Assembly: GCA_951406725.2 (NCBI GenBank)
Contig: OX597816.1
Location: forward strand, 142,414,001-142,478,000
DNA from: Octopus vulgaris
Lineage: Eukaryota
Direction: 5' to 3'
DNA: 64,000 nucleotides
A program made the translations under genes and the position numbers. This document shows, piece by piece, positions 53,857-64,000 of this stretch (within the stretch, counting starts at the first letter, position 1; every line of letters starts with the position of its first letter). Under the pieces are notes generated by a model. It was not told where the DNA came from. It was given only the letters and a program-made list of their open reading frames with translations, and did no database searches.

Positions 53857-54737
53857 GGTGGCAAACTGACAGTAATTTTACCTTGTGGAACAAAATGCTC
53901 AATGGCATTTCTTCTGCCAAGGTTAACTTTGCCTTTGATCCTTTTGAGGTTGATGAAATAAGTACCACTGGGGTTAGCTTAATTAACTAGACCTCTCTCC
54001 CAAAATTTCAGGTCTTGTACCTATAGTAGAAAGGATTATTATTAATATTATTGTGATAATGATGATTACTGCTTAATTTGATGATATTTAATGGTGTTGG
54101 TATTGTTACTGATATTCTTTATATATAAAGTGGGATAAAAGATGAGAGAGAGAGAGAGAGATACAGGGTGGGATGACTGATAAGGACAGCAAGAAAATGT
54201 ATGTGAAACAGATGATGATGTGGAGGAGGAAATGGTGATGTGGAAGATACAAGTGGGAAGAGAAGGTAGGAAAGATGGGAATAGAAGATAAATAACCAAA
54301 TGGAGAGAGGAGAATGGGGTGCATTGAATGTAAAATCAATTCTGTTTTCAAAGAATTTATGGAGATTGATAGTCTTTATCCTTCTTCCTGTTACTGCTTA
54401 CTTTGATAAGTTCTGGAATATTTCTTTAGAAATTTAACCATTTTTTTTCCTCACTGAAAAAGAAAATACCTTTAAAAAATTAGATGCATTTTTCTTCCTG
54501 TCTTCAAATTTTTTGAAATTATTTTCTCAGTATTATCTGATTTGAAATAATTCAATAAATTCCTTGATTTCCAATAAATGATGTTTTCAAAATTTAAATT
54601 TCAAATATTTTACCGATTTTTCGCTTCTACCCAGTAACCCTACAACTCACTCCATTCTTTGATTTACTATTTTTGTTTTAATTGTATTTTCCTCCCTATT
54701 TATGAAGACAGCAATCTTACTGTAAATACTTTGTGTA

Positions 54738-55075
54738 AGCACAGTCATTGTTATGTGGTTAAGAAACTCACTTTGCAACCATGTGATTTCAGGTTTAGTC
54801 CCACTGAACAGTATCTTGGGAAAGTATCTTCTACTATAGCCCCAAGCTGACCAATGCCTTGTGGGTGAATTTGATAGATGGAAACTGTGGAAGTCCATCC
54901 TGTATATATGTGTGTGTATCATCTCCTCTTTTTGACAGCCCATGTTGGTTTGTTTACATCTCCATAACTTAGCAGTTTGGCAAAAAAAAAGACCAATAGA
55001 ATAAGTACCAAATTTTACAAATAAGCACTTGGGTCAATTTGACTAAAATCCTTCAAGATAATGCTCCAGCAAGGC
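54738..55075 (+). mobile_element. CORE-SINE family A (diverged)
   Basis: Head, core and tail up to GCTCCAGCA. Confidence 0.8.
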
Positions 55076-55179
55076 TGGTAATGTGAGACACTGCTTGCAT
55101 GACAGTGACACTCATTTACAATCATCATATAATGTCAAGGAAAGAAGACAGTAACACACACATTTATGCACATACACAA

Positions 55180-55315
55180 CTGGCTTCTTTCACAAGGCTT
55201 TGGTTGGCCCTGGGCTATAGTAGGAGACATTTGCCGTAGGTATTATGCAGTGGGACTAAACCCAAAACCATGTGATTGAGAAGCAAACTTCTTACCACAT
55301 AGCCACACCTGCACC
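55180..55315 (-). mobile_element. CORE-SINE family A, 5' part
   Basis: Reverse complement of GGTGCAGGTGTGGCTATGTGGTAAGAAGTTTGCTT. Confidence 0.8.
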
Positions 55316-55602
55316 TATAACATTTCAGACATTTTCTTGTTTCTTTCCTTCACTAACAAAAGGCCTTGCCTGAAATGTCAGGAGTAAACCTCTCAACCAG
55401 TTCTTCATACAAACAAATTTCAGTTTGTGAATTTTATTTATGAATTTCACTAATATTGACCTCTCTGGTTACCTTGGCTTGTAGCCCCAACCAGCCTTCT
55501 AAACTTGGTCTTGGAGGTTAATGTTGTTAATAGTGAATTTAATTTGTAGTCTTGAAATGGAGCACTAAAGAAAATGTTTCAGGATTAGGGTTTTATTCTT
55601 TC

Positions 55603-55996
55603 ATTCTCTTACTTGTTTCAGTCATTTGACTGTGGCCATGCTGGAGCATTGCCTTAAAGGGTTTTAGTAAAAGAAATCAACTTCAGGACTTATTCTTTGT
55701 AAGCCTAGTATTTATTCTATCGGTCTTTTGCTGAACCACAAAGTTATGGGGACATAAACACGCTAACATTGGCTGTCAAGTGATGGCTGGGTGACAAACA
55801 CACATATAAATACATACATACATATATATATATGTACACAATGGGCTTCTTTTACTTCCTGTCTACCAAATTCGCTCGCAAGGTTTTGGCCAGCCCGAAG
55901 CTATAGAAGAAAACACTTGCTCAAGGTGCCACCCAGTGAGACTGGACCTGGAACTCTGTGGTTGGGCAGCAAACTTCTTGCTACACAGCCATGCCT
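55603..55996 (-). mobile_element. CORE-SINE family A, full length
   Basis: Reverse complement of the full consensus. Confidence 0.9.
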
Positions 55997-56766
55997 GTGT
56001 GTATACTGAATTGACAGTCTGTAGAATAATGTGCAGGTTATTGTTTTATCCCACTTGAAAAAACCATATATAAAATCAGCTTTAATTTTGGGTAGTTTGT
56101 GTTGCTATAAACAATTCTATATATGCTGCCTAATTATACCTGAACCTAAAACTATTCATCATCATTTGAACTCATGTTCTTTCATGCTGGTAGAGGTTAT
56201 TTATTCACCTAAAATTTTTATCTCAAATATGAGGTATGTCATCTTAAGCTCTAAACTCACCACACTTCACTATGTCTTCAAATATTTAGTTCTATGAGAC
56301 AGTGTTTATAGTAGATATTGCGGTTATTATTTTAATTAAATTTTAATATAATTCTTCCTTTATATTGAAGACTGTTTCACTTAACAATGTAAAGAAAACA
56401 AAATAACTTATTTGGTCTGGGCAGTCTTCTTTACAACAGAATTATTTTTCTTTTACATTTTACAAATAAGAATTGGGGAATTCATTTCAGAAAGGAGCTT
56501 AACATTGGCGTTGTATTAAATATTTTACTACACCCTTCAGAAAAATAAATATTATTTTGAAAACAACTAATAATATAGGCGATTGAAAAATTTTTAACTC
56601 TAACTATTGTCTGAGTTTTCTTTTCATTTTTTGCTTTTTTCACTCTCTTTAGATCACTTTGCAATTTGTTTTAAAAATTTGACATAGATGTAAATAGTTC
56701 TGGAAGAAACACAAATTTTCACTAGATGATAGTAAGTTTTTATTAATTTCTGTTCTTCTTTTGTAG

Positions 56767-56919
56767 GCGAAATTCGCGAGGATATGTGTGGTTTTGAGGA
56801 AATCACACAAGCTCCAGATCCTGTTGAATCACGTCCGTTTGACCAAAGTTTGGTCAATATTACCTACCCTAGCACACGAGACAACGGCATGGCACTATAT
56901 GAAAGAGTTGTGATAGGAG
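56767..56919 (+). CDS. Nrx-IV: Internal exon of a Neurexin IV / contactin-associated protein (CASPR/CNTNAP) homologue: end of last LamG domain, juxtamembrane stalk, start of TM helix
   Basis: Acceptor TTCTGTTCTTCTTTTGTAG, donor GAG|GTGAGT, 153 bp, phase 1-1. Translates (G)EIREDMCGFEEITQAPDPVESRPFDQSLVNITYPSTRDNGMALYERVVIG(G). Resembles recalled Drosophila Nrx-IV LTEDFCGVEPVTHPPIEIETRP and ends like the CASPR2 AIIG|G junction. Confidence 0.8.
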
Positions 56920-56978
56920 GTGAGTTCACTTTTGATTATAACCATTGCAAAACATTTTGATTTCCCAGCTAGCTTCTA

Positions 56979-57154
56979 GACCACTCTGCTGACCTCTCCA
57001 AACCACTCTGCTGACCTCTCTAAACCACTCTGCTGACCTCTCTAAACCACTCTGCTGACCTCTCCAAACCACTCTGCTGACCTCTCCAAGCCACTCTGCT
57101 GACCTCTCTAAACCACTCTGCTGACCTCTCTAAACCACTCTGCTGACCTCTCTA
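56979..57154. repeat. 22-bp minisatellite x8
   Basis: Unit AACCACTCTGCTGACCTCTCYA, 8 near-perfect copies, decaying copies to ~57220. Confidence 0.97.
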
Positions 57155-59661
57155 AATCACTCAGCTAATTAGCTGAACTCTCTAAGTCACTCAGTTAATC
57201 ATTAAGCCACTCAGCTGACCCCCACTAGGTGATGCAGCTAATTTAAGCCAGTCATTTGCCATCTTTAAATCAGTTTGGTGACTTGCCTGAATCTTTCAGC
57301 TGATCCATATTTCTGCCAATCCCTTCATGCAATGACTTTCCTCAAATGATCCACACTTGCTTCAGTTATTACTATATAAGTTACAATAACTGATTCTTTT
57401 CTTCAGGACACTGACTCCATTTCTAAGTTTTTGTTAAACTATCTTATTTATCTCAATATCATTACATGCTTCAATGTTCTGTAGTTTTGGGGAAAATTTT
57501 TCTTTTTTCTTTTCCTTTTATTTTGTATAAAATTTAGGGCCATTAATCATTCTGTACTAATCTAAACTGTCAGCTTTTATCCACTTTACTACTTCAATAT
57601 GACACCCATAGACTTTGGTATTCTGCTTTGAAATTATTCATTGAAGAAAATTCCTAGCACATTCAGTTCTATACCAAAGAGAATAGAAAATATTAAAATG
57701 AAGCTAGCTTGTATGAATTATTAGTTAGGTTACAAATAGTTGCCAACATATAAAGTTTGCAAAACTCTTGATATGTAGAATAATGGTTTTACTAAAAATC
57801 CATCCAAAGTGATTTTGACTTAAAATATTCATACCTTCATCTCTTTTTCGGTATTTGTTGTGTCTCTGATTGATGAGATCTATGGTAAGTAGATCTTCAT
57901 TCAAACACTTAGGTGTGATTGAGTACTCCAGATATACTACACCTAGTGAGGGATTATACTGCCTTCTTTGACATACAGTAATTCATTGTATAGGGTGCAG
58001 AGTGACCTCTCTGAATGGCCACTATGAAAGTGAAGAAGTGAACAAGATAAATTTGGTTCAAGCATCTTGTTTCTATGCACTGTCCCACTTTTCTGTGTTT
58101 TTATGCCCATGTCAAACTTGATAGAGTAACTCTATGATTGAAGATATTCCATAACATCTTTCTTTCTGATATAATGTCTTTAGACTATTCCATGTATTCT
58201 TCCTTTTTTTAGAGAGAGAGAGAGAGTAATGTATCATTTGAAGGAGATTTGGCTGCTGTTTCTAGCAGGTTAAAGCCTCTCTAGTAACTCCTTCATACTA
58301 TCATTGGTAGTTAGCATTAGCATTCCAACATGGTGTTTGTAGCTGAAAAAGCTACTGATGCCACTGCTATTTTTGTTTTTATAATTGTCTGGAGTTAATG
58401 ATAGAGAGAACATTTTAGAATGTTAATAAAATTTACAAATATAAATAAGTTTGTATCTCATAGCAGGGTGAATTTTATATACCATGGCAAATTGTGAATT
58501 TCATTTGCTGATATTTGCTAATGCAGACCATTACTAATATCTTCTGACTTTTATTTAGTATTTTTAGAAAGATGATATAGTAGCATTCTGGAGTGTAGAG
58601 ATATCTTTTTGGTTTTGGTGATGACTGTGTATATGCTGGTAAGGATTGTGATGGTTGGTGTTTGCATAGCAATAAATTGTGTCCTTCACATGTTTAGGTA
58701 TCCTTTCATTTAAGTGATTTTGTTTCATTATGTATATGGTATGTCCTATGATGTAGTTTCATTCTGCCCCGTGACTTAGTTCCAATACACCCTATGACAT
58801 ACCTATGATATAATACAATATAATACTATTTTGCCCTATGACACAGCTTTACCCTGCCCTGTAATGTAGCTTTACTCTGCCTTATGTAGCTGCACAATGA
58901 CATGGCTCTATTCTGCCTTATGATGTGACATACCTCAATTCATTTTATGTTGTACCTCAATCCCATCCTATAACCTACCTACATTCATTTTCCCTCCACT
59001 CCATTTTTTCCCATTCAAATTTTCTTGACATCTTTCAGTCTACACCTAGTCTAGGCATAACATACACATTAGACATATCTGATGTACACTGTATTCATAT
59101 AATGTACACATGCACATTACATATGTCATGTTTACATTACACACTTGATGAATCCATGGCTCATCAATGCATGCTCATTACACATCTGATGCACAATACA
59201 TCTTAAACTTCATCATTTACAGCCCTTACGTTAATATATCCTGTTTTCACAATCATATACACTCAGATGCAATAGCACACATTTAAAGCCAGCTTCCATT
59301 TGTCAGTATTACACAGAACATCAGAAATATCAAAGCAGTTTGATTGTGTTTAAAACAAAAATTACTACTTTATATCACAGCTTGATGTTGTTTATATCTT
59401 TTTTAATGTTAAGACTGACAGTATTTCTGTTCTGTTTAGTGATGATGACTAATTCTGATACTTCAGCTATAATTAGTTTGTTATATTTTTTCTGTACATA
59501 GAGCTAGCATAATGGCGTTATTTACTTTAAAGATGTGTATATTGATGATTAAACATGATTTCCATTTATTTTGTCATGATTCAACTATATATGATGAATT
59601 TTAAAAAAGCCTTTTAGCTTTTAAATTATCTAGTTTAAACTTGAAAATTTTAATTATAATT

Positions 59662-61050
59662 CAATTATTTATTGACAGTATTAATAAAGTCACAAAAATT
59701 AATGTCACTCCATTTAAAAACATTGAAAAATTTGTTTAATTTTATAAGACTAACTTTTAATTATTTAAGTATATCACCTTGGTATATGTTGTGATGGGTA
59801 AACAAAGGGACATGATAGAAAATTGTCCAAACTGCAAAAGCTGAAATGGACTTTCAGGCACAAAGCTACTACAGATGAATACTTAATAACTGCTTCTTGT
59901 CATACCTTGAGCACTTGGTAACTATTCTGATCATCTTTGATTAAGATAGCCCATGAAAACCTACTGAAACAGATGGACCAGTGCATTTATCATGTGTCAG
60001 TGAAGGAGAGGAAAATGACTGCCATTGAATTTTGAATTAATTTAACCTTTTGATATTAATCTGCCTAAGACTACACCTAGTTCTATGATACAAACTTCAG
60101 GTTTTAAAGTAGTCTAAATTAAAACCTTCCTTCAAAATTTCATATCAATTTATGTTCCAAACAACAGTTTTATTACTACAAGGTTATTTTACTAAATTCT
60201 TCATTATTTTCAAAGTTAATTAGAATGAAGTTGTATTTTAACAGAATTCAATAATAAAAGATTAGTCAAGTGAACTGATGTCATTGGTATGAAAATTTAC
60301 TAATTTGGGCTTATGCGACATTGCATATAAAAAAAATATGTACATTTGTCTGAATATGTAACATGCTTCCATTCCATTTAGTGAGAAGCATAAGAATTGA
60401 ACATTTTCAGGCTAGTCAAAGACTTATACTTGGATGTATCAAAATTAATTTCTTTAGCTCTGACAGCCAAGTGTATGGCCATTGTACGGGAGAATTTTGG
60501 CCAGACTATGTAAGTCTAACAATTCAAGTATAGTGAATGTAACTATGTCTTGAAAAGAATCATTCACATACATCAAGTCTGTCATCATGAACAGAACAGT
60601 CTATCGGGAGTTCTTAGAGATATCATATGCCAAGAGTCATTTGAGCTAGTCATGGATTTTTCAACATGACAACAACCTGAAGCATACAAGTGGAATAATC
60701 AAGGAATGCTACAAAAATAAGAAAATATGAGTGCAGCAGTGTCCTACAAAATCCCCAAATTTAAATTTGATGGGAAACATATGAGCTAGATATTAGTTGT
60801 CAACAAAGCAAACCAGGTATTGAGTGATTTCTCTAATCATATAGCCATAAAATGTGAAGAAATTTAAGATAATGAGCCTTTCAACTTACAGATTTAATAC
60901 CTTGTGTTGCCATTTTGTGAAATTTGGGATAATAATACCATACGATTTTATTCTTCTCTATCAGTCTGGTTGAAAAAATTATATTTTTTAACTGTTTTTA
61001 AATTGACATCCATTGGGTGGGTGTCCAATACTAATACTGTCAATAATTGT
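59662..61050 (+). mobile_element. Decayed Tc1-like transposon with a MITE-like insert (~60041-60265)
   Basis: WIFQHDNNLKHTS (FQQDNDPKHTS) at ~60653, then decayed PxxSPxLN. Imperfect TIRs ATTGACAGTATTA / TAATACTGTCAAT. Confidence 0.65.
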
Positions 61051-61627
61051 GTTAATTCAAATGTTTTTCAATTTTCTTATTACCATAAAGAAATTATTAT
61101 CAAGCTAGTACAAGCTCATCTAATTAACAGGCATGTTATCTTGAAGTTTAGTGACAAGTCTCCTCAAATCTCAATCTGTGTTGTGCCAAGTGCACCATTT
61201 ATTAATGAAATGATTATTGTCTTAGTCTTTCACAGTCTCTTCAGCTCTCTGGCTAGATCCTGATATTTCTCAATTTTTTTCAATTTCTTTGATATCATAG
61301 GGAACTGCTAAGTTTATGATCTTACCTGTTTGTTTTATGTTTTGTACTTTATAATCATATCTGGTCTTCTTGCATCGTAGTATGATTGGTCTTTATGAGG
61401 AATTCCCATAAAAACCTGTAATTCTCATTCTGTCACCACCTCTGGTTCAAGTTCACACTCTTTCTCCTGTTATTTCAAAGGTACGCACTTTGCTAACATT
61501 CAAAGCACACTTATACCTACACAGTCATGCCTTCACTTATACTTTTTTTGAGCTAGCTTACTGCGCTCACTCCAAAGATGATTGATACTTTTGTTTCCTT
61601 TCCTGCAGAATCTTCAATACACAAGTC

Positions 61628-62150
61628 AAAATGCTAAGCAGCATTTCACCTGTCTTTACTTTCTGAGCTCAAATTCTGCCAAGGTTGACTTTGCCTTTCA
61701 TCCTTTCAGGGTCAATAAATTAAGTACCAGTGAAACACTGGGGTCGATGTAATCAACCAGTCCCTTCCCCCAAAATTTCAGGCCTTGTGCTTTTAGTAGA
61801 AAGGATTATTATTATTATTATTATTACTTGAGGTTGACTTTCAGAGTAACTAAAGTAAATATCATTGGTACATTGAGGTGGGTGTAATCCCCTAAAAATT
61901 GTTGGCCTTGTACCTAATTTACAGTTGTCAAAGTTTTGGCCAAAATGCAATATAATAAACTTACCCTCTCTTTTGAAAGTTATGGCCTTGAGTGAAATTT
62001 TGAAACCAAGATGGTGACCTGGCAGAATCAGTAGCACTCCAGGCAGAATGTTCGGCATCATTTCATGTCTCTATGTTCTGAGTTCAAATTCTACCTCTTT
62101 ACATTCTGAGTTCAAATCCTGCTGAAGTTGTCTTTGCTTTTCATCCTTCT
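61628..62150 (+). mobile_element. Small cluster of family B SINE copies and fragments
   Basis: GACTTTGCCTTTCATCCTTTCAGGGTCAATAAATTAAGTACCAG with an (ATT)n tail, followed by further fragments. Confidence 0.8.
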
Positions 62151-62934
62151 GCAAACTAAAGTTTCATTTTTTACAGCGGCCTCAATTGAATTAGTTTTAA
62201 TGCAAAAAAAAAAAGAAAGAAAGAAAAGGTGAAATCACTTCAATTGATAAAAAAAATAACTGCTTCCCCGAGTGCAGTATTTTAACCAGTAAATGTTTTG
62301 ACCTGAATGGCACAACATAAAGTAACCATCTTTCATACATTGTCACAATATAATTTACACAAGTAATGAATTCTAAAACAAAAGAAAGAAGGCAGTAATG
62401 TAAAATGTTCCAAAGCCACAACCATTCCCATTCAACCTAACTTAAAATGTTTTAACTCCTCATCACATGCCATGTTGTATATGGCACATATTGATTTTTA
62501 CATTATTCGTTACAAGAAGTGATATTTAAAAGTTTAAAATAACAAATCATTTCTCTAGTCTTGTATGATCATGATTTCAATTTTTTTTTTATTCACTTTG
62601 ATTTACAAGATAAAAAAAAATTTTGCAATCTTGTGTTCCTTCAAAAAATGTGCTGACCGCTGTAGAAGTGTATGAGATTGTTAATAAATTTAATATAGAG
62701 GAACATAAAAAAATACTATTAGAAATAATTTTGTACTGTAACATCAATTCAATGGCAATATTATTTTCATAATTTTTGCAAGCAAGAGAGACAACCCCCT
62801 ACATACTTCACTTTCCTTAAAACTCTTTAGTGAAGCTTAGACTTTTCCACATAGCCAATTTAGTAATGAATGCATCATTTAATAGTTGTAGAACAGAGTG
62901 TATAATGGTGTTAGTTGTAGATTAGTAATATATG

Positions 62935-63240
62935 GCAGTCTGTTGGCTATGATAAGGGTTCCAGTTGATTCGATTAACAGAACAGCCTACTCATGAAATT
63001 AACAGAGAAGTGACTGAGCACTCTACAGACATGTACACCCTTCATGTAGTTTTCAGCATGACACAGGATGTGACAATGCTGGCTTTTTGAAATACAGGTG
63101 CACCTCACTTTTGCCAGCTGAGTGGGCTGGAACAACATGAAATAAAGTGTCTTGCTCAGGGATTCAATGTTACACCAGGTATTGAACTCATGATGAAGGT
63201 CATATGCAAATACCCTAACCACTAAGTGATGTGCCTTCAC
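62935..63240 (-). mobile_element. tRNA-derived SINE family C
   Basis: Minus strand: GTGAAGGCAC..CTTAGTGGTTAGGGTA (A box), GAGTTCAATACC (B box), CCTGAGCAAGACACTTTATTTCA core. Diverged relative at ~34715-34990. Confidence 0.75.
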
Positions 63241-63298
63241 AGATTAATAATATATAATAGTATATTGTAATAAGTAGTATATAATAGTTTATTGGTGT

Positions 63299-64000
63299 AT
63301 GGAGGTGGTATCAAAAAGTTCCCAGACTAGTTATTTTTAATAAACAATAATTTTTTACTTGAAGTTTTAACTTCATCTCTTTCAAAATAGTCACCTTGTG
63401 CAGCAATACACCAGTCTCAGTATTCCTGCCACTTTTGGAATCTGGCCTGGAAGTTGTTTTCCATAAGCAAGCCAAGGACCTTCTCCGATTCGTTCTGGCT
63501 CTCAGCAACAGTGTTAAAACAGTGACCTTTCAGCTGCATTTTCATCTTGAGGAAGAGATAGAAGTCTGCAGGTGCTAAATCTGGCAAATAGGGTCGGTGC
63601 AGAAGTGATACCATGTTGTTTTAGGCAAGTAACTCATGAATGAGGAGAGCTTGGTGACAGGGTACATTGTCATAGTGAAGAATCCAATTTTTCACGTTCC
63701 ACAGATCCAGTAGCTTTTGCCAAATATCCTCCCTCAAATGCTTCAAAACTTCATTGATTGTCCTCTAATGATCTTCATGCTCAAGCTGATGAATTTTCTC
63801 CACATTTCCAGAGATGATGATCAGGGCAGGTCTTTCAGGTCACACATCATCTTCTAGGGACATTTTCCCGCTTTTGAAGTGCCTATACCACTTGAAACAT
63901 TGTGTATGACCTATTGCCTCATCATCATAAGCTTGACAAAGCATGCTCAATGTCTCTGTAGCAGATTCCCCAAGTTTAACTCGAAATTTCATGTTGGCTC
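63299..64000 (-). mobile_element. Decayed mariner transposon (3' part, runs off the window)
   Basis: LLHRPYLPDLAPADFYLFLKMK.QLKG..F (YSPDLAP motif). TIR-like GGAGGTGGTATCAAAAAGTTCCCAGACT. Confidence 0.9.

Larger units (their letters stand above)
51107..54037 (+). mobile_element. Head-to-tail array of 8 family B SINEs, mostly separated by (TAT)n
   Basis: Units start ~51107, 51357, 51599, 51810, 52031, 52248, 53604 and 53857. They share GGCAGCAAGCTGGCAGAAT, GAGTTCAAATT (B-box-like) and GCCTTTCATCCTTT..GGGTCGATAAA.TAAGTACCAG. Confidence 0.92.

Noticed and set aside
55351-55385. Possible decayed hammerhead (CTAACAAAAGGCCTTGCCTGAAATGTCA)
   Set aside because: Needs several substitutions to restore the core. 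Too weak to call.
61590-61640. Strong acceptor TTTGTTTCCTTTCCTGCAG as the TM exon
   Set aside because: The phase-1 frame gives ESSIHKSKC* with no hydrophobic segment and runs into a SINE.

Overview
Eukaryotic, AT-rich, microsatellite-dense DNA. The SINE families and overall make-up point to an octopus/cephalopod genome (inference). Almost all listed ORFs are artefacts of microsatellites or decayed transposons. One convincing coding exon is present (56767-56919, +, phase 1-1). It resembles the juxtamembrane exon of Neurexin IV/CASPR (CNTNAP), so most of the window is probably one or two very large introns of that gene. A weaker candidate exon with a GC donor lies at ~13.8 kb. The rest is dead LINEs (RTE, CR1-like, HERO-like, Penelope-like), mariner/Tc1/hAT/piggyBac-like remnants, many non-autonomous Helitrons and several tRNA-derived SINE families. 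The most unusual features are: a full-length U6 snRNA retrocopy fused to the 3' tail of the local CORE-SINE; a tRNA-headed SINE-like element with a Penelope-type hammerhead tail and a perfect 50-bp palindrome at its 5' end; several other hammerhead ribozyme motifs, one complete with a GUC site (~39.0 kb); and a head-to-tail array of 8 SINEs built on (TAT)n tracts. All homology calls come from reading by eye and recalled sequences, not from database searches.
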